Shown here: positions 1 through 10,782 of the stretch, piece after piece | Numbering within the stretch: the stretch's first letter is position 1 | How the letters are laid out: every line of letters starts with the position of its first letter | DNA from: an uncultured Pseudomonadales bacterium | Lineage (GTDB): Bacteria; Patescibacteriota; Microgenomatia; UBA1400; CAYXSR01 | NCBI GenBank assembly: GCA_964430265.1 | Contig: CAYSEI010000002.1 | Location: forward strand, 141,209-205,208 | Direction: 5' to 3' | DNA length: 64,000 nucleotides | Notes under the pieces: model-generated | The model's input: only the letters and a program-made list of their open reading frames with translations | Database searches by the model: none | What the model was told of the DNA's origin: nothing | Made by a program: the position numbers and the translations under genes

Positions 1-1316
1 ACTGTGGAACTTCTTTGCGCAACAAAGGAGTTCAACCATTGCTTGATGCTGTAGTTCAATTTCTCCCCTCACCTCTTGACATAGAGGCAATAACAGGCTA
101 TAATCCAAACACGGAGGAAGAAGAAAAACGTCCTCCAAAAAAAGATGTGCCGATGGCGGCACTGGCATTTAAAGTTCAAGCTGATCCCCATGTGGGACGT
201 TTGACTTATTTACGTGTTTATTCAGGCACCTTAACATCTGGAAGTTATGTATATAACGCAAACAAAGAAAAAAGAGAACGTATTGGACGTTTGCTTTTAA
301 TGCATGCAGATAAAAGGGAAGAAATTGAAAAAGCAGAAGCCGGAGAAATTGTGGCAGTAGTTGGTCTCAAAGACACTGCAACCGGTGAAACGCTCTCGAA
401 TGAAGAAAACCCAATTGTTTTGGAAAGAATAGAATTCCCCGAACCGGTAATTTCTTTGGCAATTGAACCAAAGACAAGATCTGATCAAGAAAAGTTAAGC
501 TATGCATTAAAAAAGCTTTCTCAGGAAGACCCGACATTCCAAATTAAAGTTGATCGTGAAACAGGTCAAACAATTATTAAAGGAATGGGTGAACTACACT
601 TGGAAATTTTGGTTGACAGAATGAAACGTGAGTTCAAAGTGGAAGCAAATACAGGCAAGCCGCAAGTAGCATACAGGGAAACAATAAATAATACAGTTGA
701 AGCGGAAGGAAAATATATTCGGCAGTCCGGAGGCAGAGGTCAATATGGACACTGTTTCCTAAGATTAGAACCAAGAGAAAGAGGAGAAGGATATGAGTTT
801 GTTGACGAGATTCGGGGAGGATCAATTCCAAGAGAATTTATTCCTGCAGTAGAAAAAGGGGTAAAAGAAGCAATGGAAAACGGTGTATTGGCTGGATACC
901 CTCTTGTAGATATGGAAGTGGCTGTTTTTGACGGATCATATCATGATGTTGATTCATCAGAGATTGCATTTAAGATTGCAGGATCAACAGCTTTGCAAAA
1001 AGGAGTTAAACAAGCTGGTCCGGTTTTATTGGAACCAATTATGAACGCCGAAGTTACTACTCCTCAGAAGTTTATGGGAGATGTAATTGGTGATTTGTCA
1101 AGCAGACGAGCAAAAATTTTGGGCACGGAAAGCCGGAAAAATATTCGTATTATTACTGCGCTTGTTCCTTTAGCAGAAATGTCCAGCTATGCAACCAGAT
1201 TGCGTTCAATGACTGAAGGAAGAGCCTCTTTCTATATGGAGCCAAGTCATTATGAAGAGGTCCCGCAGAACATAACTGAACAGATTATTGAAGAAAAGAA
1301 TTTAATAAATAAATAA
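1..1316 (+). CDS. fusA: Elongation factor G, C-terminal ~437 aa; the gene starts upstream of the window (5' partial)
   Basis: The reading frame is open back to base 1. The translation has EF-G domain II-V sequence ([31 protein letters not shown], the C-terminal [12 protein letters not shown]-type region). It is the usual str-operon neighbour upstream of tuf. Confidence 0.9.
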   Translation, partial: CGTSLRNKGVQPLLDAVVQFLPSPLDIEAITGYNPNTEEEEKRPPKKDVPMAALAFKVQADPHVGRLTYLRVYSGTLTSGSYVYNANKEKRERIGRLLLMHADKREEIEKAEAGEIVAVVGLKDTATGETLSNEENPIVLERIEFPEPVISLAIEPKTRSDQEKLSYALKKLSQEDPTFQIKVDRETGQTIIKGMGELHLEILVDRMKREFKVEANTGKPQVAYRETINNTVEAEGKYIRQSGGRGQYGHCFLRLEPRERGEGYEFVDEIRGGSIPREFIPAVEKGVKEAMENGVLAGYPLVDMEVAVFDGSYHDVDSSEIAFKIAGSTALQKGVKQAGPVLLEPIMNAEVTTPQKFMGDVIGDLSSRRAKILGTESRKNIRIITALVPLAEMSSYATRLRSMTEGRASFYMEPSHYEEVPQNITEQIIEEKNLINK

Positions 1317-1342
1317 AGTTAAAAAAATAAGGAGGATTTAAA

Positions 1343-2539
1343 ATGGCAGATTTTGATAGAACAAAACCGCACCTTAATATTGGAACAATTGGTCACGTTG
1401 ACCATGGTAAGACTACTTTGACAAGTGCAATTACAAAAACTTTGCACTCAGCAGGCGTCTCACCTAAATATTACGCTTATGATGAAATTGACAAGGCTCC
1501 GGAAGAAAAAGAAAGAGGTCTTACAATTTCAATTTCACATATTGAATACGAGACAGAAAATAGGCACTATGCCCATATTGACTGTCCCGGACACAAAGAC
1601 TTTGTTAAAAACATGATTACCGGTGCTGCACAAATGGATGGTGCAATTTTGGTAGTTGCAGCTACTGACGGCCCAATGCCACAGACAAGAGAGCATATTC
1701 TTTTGGCACGCCAAGTTGATGTACCTGCAATTGTCGTGTTTTTGAACAAAACAGACATGGTAGAAGATGAAGAGCTTTTAGAATTAGTTGAAACAGAAGT
1801 CAGGGAGCTTTTGAATAAATACAAATTCCCTGGAGACGAGATTCCGATTATTCGTGGATCTGCTTTAAAAGCATTAGAATGTGAATGTGGTAAAGAAGAC
1901 TGTGATGCATGCGGTCCAATTTTGGAATTAATGAGCAAAGTAGACGAATATATTCCGGAACCGGAAAGAGATTTAGACAAACCGTTTTTGATGCCGATTG
2001 AGGATGTTTTCTCAATTAAAGGCAGAGGAACTGTTGTTACAGGAAGAATTGAAAGAGGAATTGTTAAAGTAGGAGATGAAATTGAAATAGTTGGACTAAA
2101 AGATACTCAGACAACTACGGTTACCGGTGTTGAAATGTTTAAAAAGAGTTTGGATCAAGGTCAGGCCGGAGACAATGTTGGTGTACTTTTAAGAGGACTT
2201 AAAAAAGAAGATGTTGAAAGAGGTCAAGTTTTGGCCAAGACGGGAACAATTACTCCGCATTCTGAATTTAAGTGTGAAGTATATATTCTTAGCAAAGAAG
2301 AAGGCGGAAGACGCACACCTTTCTTTTCCGGATACAAGCCTCAGTTCTATATTCGAACAACTGATGTTACCGGAGAAATTGAATTGGAAGAAGGCGTGGA
2401 AATGGTAATGCCGGGAGATAATGCTAACATGACTGTTAAGCTGATTAATCCGGTTGCTGTTGAAGATGGTTTGCGATTTGCTATAAGAGAAGGCGGAAAG
2501 ACTGTTGGAGCCGGAGTTGTTACTGAAATCGTAAAGTAA
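1343..2539 (+). CDS. tuf: Elongation factor Tu
   Basis: 398 aa with [10 protein letters not shown] (P-loop), DCPGH and NKTD GTPase motifs; an AGGAGG Shine-Dalgarno lies 8 nt upstream. It contains an unusual [13 protein letters not shown] insertion (see findings). Confidence 0.95.
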   Translation: MADFDRTKPHLNIGTIGHVDHGKTTLTSAITKTLHSAGVSPKYYAYDEIDKAPEEKERGLTISISHIEYETENRHYAHIDCPGHKDFVKNMITGAAQMDGAILVVAATDGPMPQTREHILLARQVDVPAIVVFLNKTDMVEDEELLELVETEVRELLNKYKFPGDEIPIIRGSALKALECECGKEDCDACGPILELMSKVDEYIPEPERDLDKPFLMPIEDVFSIKGRGTVVTGRIERGIVKVGDEIEIVGLKDTQTTTVTGVEMFKKSLDQGQAGDNVGVLLRGLKKEDVERGQVLAKTGTITPHSEFKCEVYILSKEEGGRRTPFFSGYKPQFYIRTTDVTGEIELEEGVEMVMPGDNANMTVKLINPVAVEDGLRFAIREGGKTVGAGVVTEIVK

Positions 2540-2572
2540 GTAAAAAAAATTACTAAAGTTTAAGAGTAATCA

Positions 2573-2619
2573 CTAACCAGGCTTGACGCAAGTTAGGCCT
2601 GGTTAGAATTATTCTTTTT
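2573..2619 (+). terminator. Hairpin (10-bp perfect stem CTAACCAGGC/GCCTGGTTAG with an inner CTTG/CAAG stem) followed by AATTATTCTTTTT; intrinsic terminator after tuf and/or S10-leader attenuator
   Basis: The inverted repeat was read directly from the sequence. A T-rich tract follows it, in the tuf-rpsJ intergenic region. Confidence 0.4.
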
Positions 2620-2632
2620 GAAAATTTAAATT

Positions 2633-2941
2633 ATGCCTAAAGAACAGATCAGAGTTAGACTAAAGGCTTTTGATCATCGAGTGATTGATGATTGTTGCCA
2701 AAAGATAATTGAGACAGCACTTTCAACCGGTGCAAAAGTATCCGGTCCAGTGCCGCTTCCAACGGAAAGGAAGCTGATTGCGGTTAAAGCAGATCCGCAT
2801 GTACACAAAAGTTCTGTTCAACATTATGAAGTTTTGACACACAAGCGTTTAATTGACATTATTGAGCCAACGAATAAGACAATTGATTCGTTGATGCATC
2901 TAGATCTGCCTGCGGGAGTAGGTATAGAAGTAAAAATGTAA
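2633..2941 (+). CDS. rpsJ: 30S ribosomal protein S10
   Basis: 102 aa. MPKEQIRVRLKAFDHRVID...GPVPLPT motif typical of S10; first gene of the S10 operon. Confidence 0.95.
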   Translation: MPKEQIRVRLKAFDHRVIDDCCQKIIETALSTGAKVSGPVPLPTERKLIAVKADPHVHKSSVQHYEVLTHKRLIDIIEPTNKTIDSLMHLDLPAGVGIEVKM

Positions 2942-2979
2942 AAAGCGCTTTTTAAGTGCTTTTCTTTTTGGAAAGAAAA

Positions 2980-3615
2980 ATGAAGTTTTTATATGGAATC
3001 AAAAAAGACCAGACACAGACATTTGATAAACAGGGCAACCGCCTGGTGGTTACCCGTATTAATACAGCACCTTTAAAAATTGTACAAATTAAAGAAGAAG
3101 AAAAAGACGGGTATTCTGCGATACAAGTAGGAGTTGGTGAAAAAAAATTGAAAAACATAAAAAAGCCGACTAGGGAAAAATTAAAAAAAGCAGGATATAA
3201 AAAGACAGGGCCCAAATATCTTAGGGAAATAAAACTTGAAAAAAAAGCAGAAAATAAAATTGGCGATGAAATTAAAATTGTAGATATTTTTGCAGAAGGC
3301 GACAAAGTTAGAGTAAGTGGAGTGACCAAGGGAAAAGGGTTTACAGGAGTAGTTAAGCGTTGGGGTTTTAGGGGAGGAAGAAGAACACACGGTTCTTCCA
3401 ATGAGAGGAGAATTGGATCAATAGGTCAAGGTACAGATCCGGGAAGAGTTTGGAAAGGAAAGAAAATGCCAGGAAGAATGGGAACTGCAAAAAAAACAAT
3501 TAAAGGATTAAAAATATATAAAATAAACGAAGAAAATAATGAGATTTGGGTGACCGGACTGCTACCCGGAGGAAGAAATAGTCTTTTAAAAATAGAAAAG
3601 GAAGACGACAAATAA
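2980..3615 (+). CDS. rplC: 50S ribosomal protein L3
   Basis: L3-like N-terminus (LYGIKKDQTQTF ~ LGKKVGMTQIF) and GKGFTGVVKRWGF motif. I chose ATG 2980 with a GGAAAG RBS over the GTG at 2956 used in the ORF track. Confidence 0.9.
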   Translation: MKFLYGIKKDQTQTFDKQGNRLVVTRINTAPLKIVQIKEEEKDGYSAIQVGVGEKKLKNIKKPTREKLKKAGYKKTGPKYLREIKLEKKAENKIGDEIKIVDIFAEGDKVRVSGVTKGKGFTGVVKRWGFRGGRRTHGSSNERRIGSIGQGTDPGRVWKGKKMPGRMGTAKKTIKGLKIYKINEENNEIWVTGLLPGGRNSLLKIEKEDDK

Positions 3616-3616
3616 G

Positions 3617-4282
3617 ATGGTGAAAATACAAGCATACACAACCAAAGGAGAAAAAAAAGACAAAATAACTGTTAATAAGGATATTTTTGACAGTAAAATA
3701 AATAAGCGTCTTGTTGCTCAAGCGGTTAGAGTGTATTTGTCCAATCAAAGACAAGCAGGAGCAAAAACAAAATCTAGAGGAGAGGTAATTGGTTCAAGAA
3801 AAAAGATTTGGCCGCAAAAAGGAACAGGAAGAGCAAGACACGGTGATCGTTATGCACCCATATTTGTAGGCGGAGGAATTGCTCACGGACCTAAAGGTGA
3901 TCAGAACTTTAAATTAAAAATGAATAAAAGTATGCGCAGGAAAGCTTTGTTTTCTGCTCTTTCAAGCAAAGTAAAGGCAGATGAGGTAATACTGGTTGAC
4001 AGTCTTGAGAAAGTTAAGCCAAAAACAAAAGAGATGGCAAAAATATTAAGTACGTTAATAAATAAAGTTAAAAAAAACAAAGAAAAAAAATTCACAGAAG
4101 TCAAAGTATCACTTGTTTTACCTGAAATTATGGAAAACATATTGCGTGCTGGGAGAAATATTCCCAATCTAAATATGATTCAGGCAAAGCAATTAAATAC
4201 TTATGAAGTTTTAAATTGTGATTATTTAATTATTGCAAAACCAAGCCTAAAAATTATTAAAGAACAATTTTTAAAAGAGTAA
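3617..4282 (+). CDS. rplD: 50S ribosomal protein L4
   Basis: 221 aa, GTGRARHG..PIFVGGG L4 signature, position in the S10 operon. Confidence 0.9.
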   Translation: MVKIQAYTTKGEKKDKITVNKDIFDSKINKRLVAQAVRVYLSNQRQAGAKTKSRGEVIGSRKKIWPQKGTGRARHGDRYAPIFVGGGIAHGPKGDQNFKLKMNKSMRRKALFSALSSKVKADEVILVDSLEKVKPKTKEMAKILSTLINKVKKNKEKKFTEVKVSLVLPEIMENILRAGRNIPNLNMIQAKQLNTYEVLNCDYLIIAKPSLKIIKEQFLKE

Positions 4283-4573
4283 ATGAAGAAAAAAGACATT
4301 TTGCATAAACCAATTATTACGGAAAAAAGCATGTTTTTGAGAGAAAAGGGCAAATATGTATTTAAAGTTGACAAAAGAGCAAATAAAAATCAGATTAAAG
4401 AAGCGATTGAAAACCTTTTTGATGTTGAAGTGGAAAAAATTGCAACTATGATTATGCCGGGTAAAACAAAAAGAGCAGGATCACGCAGAAGACAAGTTAG
4501 AGATGGGATTTGGAAAAAAGCAATTATTAAACTTAAAAAAGGTGACAAACTAGATATTTTTGAAGAAGGGTAA
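4283..4573 (+). CDS. rplW: 50S ribosomal protein L23
   Basis: 96 aa, L23-like (ITEKS...KYVFKV), operon position. Confidence 0.9.
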   Translation: MKKKDILHKPIITEKSMFLREKGKYVFKVDKRANKNQIKEAIENLFDVEVEKIATMIMPGKTKRAGSRRRQVRDGIWKKAIIKLKKGDKLDIFEEG

Positions 4574-4583
4574 AAAGTAAAAA

Positions 4584-5405
4584 ATGGTAAAGAAAAAGAA
4601 ACCGACATCACCAGGAACAAGGCATCAAACAAATATTGACAGGACACACTTAAAAGAAGGTCCTGAAAAAAGTTTGACTAAACCATTGAAATACAATGCG
4701 GGCAGAAATGCTTATGGTCGTGTTACGGTGCGTCATCAAGGTGGTCAGCAAAAAAGACGTTACAGAAAAATTGATTTTAAAAGGGATAAAAAAAATATAT
4801 CCGCAGAAGTGGTTAGAATTGAATATGATCCCAATCGTTCTGCTAATATAGCGCTTTTAAAATATGAAGATGGTGAAAAAAGATATATTTTGGCACCAAA
4901 GGATCTTGAAATAGGAGACAAGGTAATTGCCGGAAAAGATGTTGAGCTAGAACCTGGCAATGCATTACCTTTAAAAAACATTCCTGTAGGTATGCCAATT
5001 CACAATCTTGAATTTACTCCCGGAAAAGGTGGTCAGATTGTGCGTGGGGCAGGCAATGCTGCCTTGATTCAGGCAAAAGAAGATAAATGGGCTGTTGTTA
5101 AGTTACCGTCCGGAGAAATAAGAAAGTTTAATGTTGATTGTTTTGCTACCATTGGACAAATTGGGAACCAACAATGGAAAAACATTAAATGGGGAAAAGC
5201 AGGCAGAAAAAGATTACGCGGAATCAGGCCGTCTGTAAGAGGTGTTGCTCAACATGCAGCAGCTCACCCGCATGGTGGAGGACGAGGAAGGTCCGGAATA
5301 GGACAATCTTCACCAAAAACACCTTGGGGTAAAAAGACTAGGGGTAAAAAAACAAGAAAGAAAAAACAAAGTGATAAATATATAATTAAGAGGAAAAATG
5401 AATAA
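4584..5405 (+). CDS. rplB: 50S ribosomal protein L2 with a Lys-rich C-terminal tail
   Basis: [22 protein letters not shown] and HPHGGGRGR motifs of L2. Confidence 0.95.
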   Translation: MVKKKKPTSPGTRHQTNIDRTHLKEGPEKSLTKPLKYNAGRNAYGRVTVRHQGGQQKRRYRKIDFKRDKKNISAEVVRIEYDPNRSANIALLKYEDGEKRYILAPKDLEIGDKVIAGKDVELEPGNALPLKNIPVGMPIHNLEFTPGKGGQIVRGAGNAALIQAKEDKWAVVKLPSGEIRKFNVDCFATIGQIGNQQWKNIKWGKAGRKRLRGIRPSVRGVAQHAAAHPHGGGRGRSGIGQSSPKTPWGKKTRGKKTRKKKQSDKYIIKRKNE

Positions 5406-5414
5406 AGGAGGAAT

Positions 5415-5699
5415 ATGTCCAGATCAAGCAAAAAAGGACCATATGTTGATCCCAAATTAAGGGAAAAAGTAATAAAACAGACAAAGAAAGCAGAAAAAAA
5501 GCCAATTAAGACTTGGTCAAGAGACAGTCAAATTCCGCCTGAATTTGTTGGTCATACTTTTCTGGTGCACAATGGTCGTGACTTTAAAAGGGTTTTTGTA
5601 ACTGAATCAATGGTTGGACATAGATTGGGAGAATTTTCCCATACCCGAACATTTAGAGGACACGGACGTATGGTTAAGAGAGTTATTACTAAAACATAA
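5415..5699 (+). CDS. rpsS: 30S ribosomal protein S19
   Basis: 94 aa, [25 protein letters not shown]19 signature, GGAGG RBS. Confidence 0.95.
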   Translation: MSRSSKKGPYVDPKLREKVIKQTKKAEKKPIKTWSRDSQIPPEFVGHTFLVHNGRDFKRVFVTESMVGHRLGEFSHTRTFRGHGRMVKRVITKT

Positions 5700-5705
5700 A
5701 GAATA

Positions 5706-6059
5706 ATGGTTAAAAAAGCAAAAGCAGAAGCCAAGTTTATACGTATATCTCCGCAAAAAGTGCGGAAAGTTGTGGATGCAGTCAAAGATATGAATCCGCA
5801 AGAAGCTATATTAAACTTGGAATTTATAAATAAAAGAGCTTCAACACCTTTAAGAAAAGTAATTAAATCTGCAATCGCTAATGCAACACATAATTACGAG
5901 ATGGAAAAGGAAAATCTGAAATTTAAAGAAATACAAATTGGTGAAGGGCCTACATATAAAAGATGGCAGCCTGTTTCAAAAGGCAGAGCCCACCAAATAT
6001 TAAAAAGAACAAGTCATATAAAAGTAATTTTAGAGGAGAAAAATGGGACAGAAAGTTAA
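5706..6059 (+). CDS. rplV: 50S ribosomal protein L22
   Basis: 117 aa, AKAEAKFIRISPQKVRKVVDAV typical L22 start. Confidence 0.9.
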   Translation: MVKKAKAEAKFIRISPQKVRKVVDAVKDMNPQEAILNLEFINKRASTPLRKVIKSAIANATHNYEMEKENLKFKEIQIGEGPTYKRWQPVSKGRAHQILKRTSHIKVILEEKNGTES

Positions 6060-6684
6060 TGCACATTCATTCAGACTAGGAAATCTTTACGATTGGAAAT
6101 CACAATGGTATTCTGACGGAGATGATTACCAAAGGTATTTATTGGAAGACGTAAAATTAAGAAATCTTCTACAGGAAAAACTGCAAAGGGCTGGTTTAGT
6201 TAAAACAGAAATTGAACGTTCAATGAAAAAGTTAAGAATCATTGTTTATGTTTCGCGTCCCGGAGTAGTAATTGGAAGGGGAGGTTCCGGACTCAAAGCT
6301 TTGAAGAAAATTATTGCAGAAGAAATTGATATTGATGCAGAAAAGAATTTAAAAATTGATGTTAAAGAGGTTAAAAAACCAGATTTATCAGCAAAATTAA
6401 TTGCTGAAGAAATTTCCGGACGTTTAAAATCACGATACCCCCACCGTAGAGCAGTCAGCAAAGCTATGGAAAAAGTAATGCATGCAGGAGCAAAAGGTGT
6501 TAAAATAACACTTTCCGGTAGAATTGGTGGAACTGAAATTGGTAGAACAGAAAAATATTCAGAGGGAACAGTTCCTTTGCAAACTTTGAGAGCGGATATA
6601 GATTATGCATTAGTTCCATCTTTAACAAAATCTGGTTATGTAGGAGTTAAGGTTTGGATTTACAAAGAAGAAAAGGAATTATAA
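6043..6684 (+). CDS. rpsC: 30S ribosomal protein S3
   Basis: MGQKVNAHSFRLG..KH domain..GRIGG S3 motifs. Confidence 0.95.
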   Translation: MGQKVNAHSFRLGNLYDWKSQWYSDGDDYQRYLLEDVKLRNLLQEKLQRAGLVKTEIERSMKKLRIIVYVSRPGVVIGRGGSGLKALKKIIAEEIDIDAEKNLKIDVKEVKKPDLSAKLIAEEISGRLKSRYPHRRAVSKAMEKVMHAGAKGVKITLSGRIGGTEIGRTEKYSEGTVPLQTLRADIDYALVPSLTKSGYVGVKVWIYKEEKEL

Positions 6685-6685
6685 A

Positions 6686-7090
6686 ATGTTACAGCCTAAA
6701 AAACAGAAATACAGAAAACGATTTCGCGGTAAATTAAAAGGTAAAGCAAGCCGTGGATATGAAATATCTTTTGGAGATTTTGCTTTAAAAGCAAAACAAA
6801 GATGCTGGTTAAAAACAAGGCAAATTGAAGCGGCCAGAAAAGTAGTAACCAATTATACTAAAAGAACTGGAAAGCTTTGGATTCGGGTTTTCCCGGATAA
6901 ACCAATTTCCAGCAAGCCGTCTGGTGCAAAAATGGGCGGAGGAAAAGGGGATGTTGTTGATTATGCAGCACCAGTCAAGCCAGGAACAATAATTTTTGAG
7001 CTGGCAGGTGTAGAAGAAGATTTAGCAAGGGAAGCTTTTCGTAGAGCCGGAGCAAAACTTCCGGTTAAAACTAAATTTATAACAAAGTAA
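6686..7090 (+). CDS. rplP: 50S ribosomal protein L16
   Basis: MLQPKKQKYRKRFRGKLKG L16 N-terminus. Confidence 0.95.
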   Translation: MLQPKKQKYRKRFRGKLKGKASRGYEISFGDFALKAKQRCWLKTRQIEAARKVVTNYTKRTGKLWIRVFPDKPISSKPSGAKMGGGKGDVVDYAAPVKPGTIIFELAGVEEDLAREAFRRAGAKLPVKTKFITK

Positions 7091-7097
7091 AATAAAT

Positions 7098-7304
7098 ATG
7101 AAAAAAGAAAGAAAACAAGAACTAAAAAGCAAAACAATACGTGAGCTGAAACAATTTATAACCGAGTCAGAAAAAGAACTGGCAAGAATGAAGTTAGAAG
7201 CTGCAACCGGCAAAATTGAAGACAGGCATGCATTATATAAAAAAAGAAAAGAAATAGCAGTGGCAAAAACCATATTGACAGAACAAAAGAAGGAGGAAAA
7301 GTGA
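7098..7304 (+). CDS. rpmC: 50S ribosomal protein L29
   Basis: 68 aa helical protein (ELKSKTIRELKQFITESEKEL), L16-L29-S17 order. Confidence 0.85.
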   Translation: MKKERKQELKSKTIRELKQFITESEKELARMKLEAATGKIEDRHALYKKRKEIAVAKTILTEQKKEEK

Positions 7305-7528
7305 AAAAACGTTTTAAGGGTACTGTTGTAAGTGACAAAATGGACAAGTCAGCAATAGTTGAAGTTAAAAGAAGCTGGCGGCATCCTTTATACAAAAAGG
7401 TTATGAAGACCGGTAAAAGGTATTTAGTCGATAACCGGATGGATGCAAAAGAGGGAGACAAAGTCATTATTGAAGAATGCAGGCCATTAAGTAAAAGAAA
7501 ACATTTTAAGATTGTGGAAAAAATATGA
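7301..7528 (+). CDS. rpsQ: 30S ribosomal protein S17
   Basis: 75 aa, [25 protein letters not shown]17 signature. Confidence 0.9.
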   Translation: MKKRFKGTVVSDKMDKSAIVEVKRSWRHPLYKKVMKTGKRYLVDNRMDAKEGDKVIIEECRPLSKRKHFKIVEKI

Positions 7529-7902
7529 TTCAATTACAAAGCACATTAGTACCAGCAGATAACTCAGGAGCAAGAAAACTTCGGGTTATTCATATACACG
7601 GACAATCCTATCGTCCTAAATTTGGCGGTATTGGAGATATTGTGACTTGTGCAGTTGATAAAGCTAGAGCAAATGGACAGGTTGAAGATGGACAAGTAGT
7701 AAAAGCAGTAGTGGTGCGTACAAAAAAAGAGCATCGTAGATCGGACGGGTCATATATCCGTTTTGGTGATAATGCTGCAGTTGTTATTGACGGACTTAAA
7801 AACCGATTGCCGGTTGGAACTCGGGTATTTGGACCAATTGCAAGAGAAATAAAAGAACTGGGTTACAATGATATTGTTTCTCAAGCCAAGGAGGTATTAT
7901 GA
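7525..7902 (+). CDS. rplN: 50S ribosomal protein L14
   Basis: [35 protein letters not shown]14 signature. Confidence 0.95.
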   Translation: MIQLQSTLVPADNSGARKLRVIHIHGQSYRPKFGGIGDIVTCAVDKARANGQVEDGQVVKAVVVRTKKEHRRSDGSYIRFGDNAAVVIDGLKNRLPVGTRVFGPIAREIKELGYNDIVSQAKEVL

Positions 7903-8204
7903 GAATTAAAAAAGGTGATAAAGTAAAGATTTTAAGGGGTAAAGATAAAGGTAGAACTGGAGAAGTGAAAAAAGTGTTTCCAAAGAAAAATAAAATTATT
8001 GTTAAAGATATTAATGTATATAAAAAACATGTTAAACCTAGAGGAGAGCAAGAGCCTGGTGGCATAGTTGATATTACTAAGCCGATTGATGCAAGTAAAG
8101 TTTCTTTGGTTTGTCCTAATTGTGGGGAAAAAACCCGTATCGGACGCAGAGTAACAAAATCAGGAAAAGAACGAATTTGTAAAAAATGTCAGGAAAATCT
8201 ATGA
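7899..8204 (+). CDS. rplX: 50S ribosomal protein L24 with a C-terminal CxxC..CxxC zinc-ribbon-like segment
   Basis: [26 protein letters not shown] motif; C-terminal [14 protein letters not shown]. Confidence 0.85.
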   Translation: MRIKKGDKVKILRGKDKGRTGEVKKVFPKKNKIIVKDINVYKKHVKPRGEQEPGGIVDITKPIDASKVSLVCPNCGEKTRIGRRVTKSGKERICKKCQENL

Positions 8205-8755
8205 ATAATTCATTAAAAAAACAGTACCAGGAAGAAATTATACCCAAATTAAAAAAAGAATTGGGAATAGAAAATAAAATGGCGGTTCCTAAACTTAAAA
8301 AAGTAGTTGTGAATATGGGGATTGGAGACATTAGTAATAAAGAGGATTCAATTAAAAAAGTGCGCAGTGCTATAGCTGCTATAACAGGACAGCAGCCAGT
8401 AACCAGATCTGCCAAAAAATCAATTGCAGAATTTGGTGTTACGCAAGGGGATACGATTGGATTATCAGTAACTTTAAGAGGAAAAAAGATGTATCAGTTT
8501 TTAGAAAGACTGTTTCGTATTGTTTTGCCTAGGGTAAGGGATTTTAATGGTGTATCCAAAAAGTCTTTTGACGGACAAGGCAACTATACTTTAGGTCTGG
8601 AGGAACAGACCCTTTTTCCTGAAGTAGATTATGATAAAATTGATAAGGTCCGCGGATTTGAAATTACCATTGTTACTAATTCCAAAGACGATAAAAAATC
8701 ACTAATGTTATTAGATTTAATGGGAATGCCTTTTAAAAAGGAAGAAGGAGCTTAA
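8201..8755 (+). CDS. rplE: 50S ribosomal protein L5
   Basis: L5 motifs (PKLKKVVVNMGIGD..). I chose ATG 8201, which overlaps the rplX TGA as ATGA and has an AGGAAAA RBS, over the upstream ATG 8186. Confidence 0.9.
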   Translation: MNNSLKKQYQEEIIPKLKKELGIENKMAVPKLKKVVVNMGIGDISNKEDSIKKVRSAIAAITGQQPVTRSAKKSIAEFGVTQGDTIGLSVTLRGKKMYQFLERLFRIVLPRVRDFNGVSKKSFDGQGNYTLGLEEQTLFPEVDYDKIDKVRGFEITIVTNSKDDKKSLMLLDLMGMPFKKEEGA

Positions 8756-8758
8756 TTT

Positions 8759-8944
8759 ATGGCAAGTAAAAGTAAAGAAGTCAAACAAAATAAAGAGCCA
8801 AAATACAGTACAAGAAAAGTTAATCGTTGTAAACTTTGTTCCCGTCCTAGGGCTTATATGCGTAAATTCGGTTTATGCAGACTTTGTTTTAGGGAATTGG
8901 CACAGAAAGGAGAACTACCAGGAGTTACAAAAGCAAGCTGGTAG
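8759..8944 (+). CDS. rpsZ: 30S ribosomal protein S14 type Z (zinc-binding)
   Basis: 61 aa, CKLCSR..CRLC four-Cys motif, between L5 and S8. Confidence 0.9.
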   Translation: MASKSKEVKQNKEPKYSTRKVNRCKLCSRPRAYMRKFGLCRLCFRELAQKGELPGVTKASW

Positions 8945-8953
8945 AAAATAATT

Positions 8954-9346
8954 ATGTGGTCAGATACAATTGCAGATATGCTAGCAAGAATTAGAAACGC
9001 TTACCTGACAAACAAGAAAGCGGTAGATGTTCCCTACTCTAAAACAAAAAAGAAAATTGCCCAAGTTTTACAAGATTTAGAATATCTTTCTTCAATTAAG
9101 GTTCAAGAAGAAGGGGTGAAAAAGAAATTGGTAATTAAACTTAAATACAAAGATGATGAAGCGGCAATCAGGAATTTAGAAAGGGTGTCTAAACCGGGTT
9201 GCAGGATTTATGTAACTCATGATAAACTGCCGGTGGTCTTGTCCGGTTACGGACAGGCAATTGTATCAACAAGTAGAGGGATTATGACTGCAAACGAAGC
9301 TAGAAAAAAAGGTATAGGAGGCGAACTAATTTGTAAAGTTTGGTAA
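8954..9346 (+). CDS. rpsH: 30S ribosomal protein S8
   Basis: SDTIADMLARIRNA S8 N-terminus. Confidence 0.95.
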   Translation: MWSDTIADMLARIRNAYLTNKKAVDVPYSKTKKKIAQVLQDLEYLSSIKVQEEGVKKKLVIKLKYKDDEAAIRNLERVSKPGCRIYVTHDKLPVVLSGYGQAIVSTSRGIMTANEARKKGIGGELICKVW

Positions 9347-9351
9347 TAATT

Positions 9352-9906
9352 ATGAGTAAAGTAGGAGAAAAGATAATACTAATACCAGAAAATATAGAAA
9401 TAGATATCAAAAACAGCTTGGTTAAGGTTAAAGGACCAAAAGGAGAACTTGAATTAACTTTGCCAACTGGTATAAAAACTGAGCAAAAGGAAAATACTTT
9501 ATCAGTACAAAGGAAATCCGATTCAAAAAGGTTAAAGGCTTTGCACGGTACATATAGAACTTTGATTGCAAATATGATTTTGGGAGTTAATAAAGGCTAT
9601 AGTAAAATATTAGAATTACACGGAGTTGGATATCGAGCTCAGATCAAAGGAGAAAAATTAGTAATGAGATTGGGATTTTCTCACCCAGTTGAGGTTGATC
9701 CTAAACAGGGAATAAGTTTTACAGTTTCAGATAAAAAACAAATAAAAATTGAAGGAATTGACAAACAAAAGGTAAGTCAGACTGCAGCGGAAATAAGGGC
9801 TATTAGGAAACCAGAACCTTATAAAGGTAAAGGTATCCGCTATAAGGGAGAAGTTATTAAACTGAAACCAGGTAAGGCAGCTAAAGTAGGAGAAGGAGAA
9901 GTTTAA
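9352..9906 (+). CDS. rplF: 50S ribosomal protein L6
   Basis: [26 protein letters not shown]6 signature. ATG 9352 is preferred over the TTG at 9340 used in the ORF track. Confidence 0.9.
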   Translation: MSKVGEKIILIPENIEIDIKNSLVKVKGPKGELELTLPTGIKTEQKENTLSVQRKSDSKRLKALHGTYRTLIANMILGVNKGYSKILELHGVGYRAQIKGEKLVMRLGFSHPVEVDPKQGISFTVSDKKQIKIEGIDKQKVSQTAAEIRAIRKPEPYKGKGIRYKGEVIKLKPGKAAKVGEGEV

Positions 9907-9907
9907 A

Positions 9908-10255
9908 ATGCAAGTTATACATGATGCAAAAAAACGCAAACAAAGGCGCATCCGCGAAAAAATAAAAAGAATCAGTAAAAGATTACGTTTATCGGTTTTT
10001 CGTTCCAATAAACATATTTATGCGCAAATTATAGATGATCAAGAAGAAAAAACATTAGTTTCGGCTAGTGATTTTGATTTGAAAAATAAGGATTTGAAAA
10101 AAAAGGAAGAAGCATTTGAAGTGGGAAAACTTTTGGCGGAAAAAGCATTAGATAAAAAAATAAAAAAAGTAGTTTTTGATAAGGGAGCATATAAATATCA
10201 TGGAAGAGTTAAAAATTTAGCAGATGGAGCCAGAAAAGGAGGCTTAGAATTCTAA
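9908..10255 (+). CDS. rplR: 50S ribosomal protein L18
   Basis: [19 protein letters not shown]18 signature. Confidence 0.9.
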   Translation: MQVIHDAKKRKQRRIREKIKRISKRLRLSVFRSNKHIYAQIIDDQEEKTLVSASDFDLKNKDLKKKEEAFEVGKLLAEKALDKKIKKVVFDKGAYKYHGRVKNLADGARKGGLEF

Positions 10256-10782
10256 TGCCTGATAACAAAGGAAAAAGCCAGAATAAAAAACAAGCTAATA
10301 AAGGAAGAAAAACTTCCCAAAGAAAAGGTCGCAGAAGAAGGAATGAAAGAGAATACGATCAGAAAGTAATTGATATTAACAGAGTATCTCAAAAAACAAA
10401 AGGTGGAGATAAAATGGGGTTCAACGCTTTGGTTGCAGTTGGTGATCATCAAGGCAAGGTGGGAGTAGCTTTAGGTAAAGCGCCTAGTGTGCTGCCGGCA
10501 ATTAAAAAAGGAGCACGTTTAGCAAAAAAGAAAATGGTTAAAGTTCCCCTTACTGAAGAAGGGACAATTCCACATGTTATCAAGGTTAAAGAAGGAGCAG
10601 CAAAAATTCTTTTAAAACCAGCACCTGCTGGTACAGGAATTATTGCAGGAGGTCCGATTAGAATATTAGCTGATTTAGCCGGAGTCAAAAATATTGTTAC
10701 TAAAATAATGGGTAGCAGAAATAAGATTAATAATTCTTATGCAACTATTAAAGCGTTTCAAAGTTTTAAAAAGAAAAAATGA
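10255..10782 (+). CDS. rpsE: 30S ribosomal protein S5
   Basis: VIDINRVSQKTKGGDKMGFNALVAVGD..S5 motifs with a Lys/Arg-rich N-terminal extension. Confidence 0.95.
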   Translation: MPDNKGKSQNKKQANKGRKTSQRKGRRRRNEREYDQKVIDINRVSQKTKGGDKMGFNALVAVGDHQGKVGVALGKAPSVLPAIKKGARLAKKKMVKVPLTEEGTIPHVIKVKEGAAKILLKPAPAGTGIIAGGPIRILADLAGVKNIVTKIMGSRNKINNSYATIKAFQSFKKKK

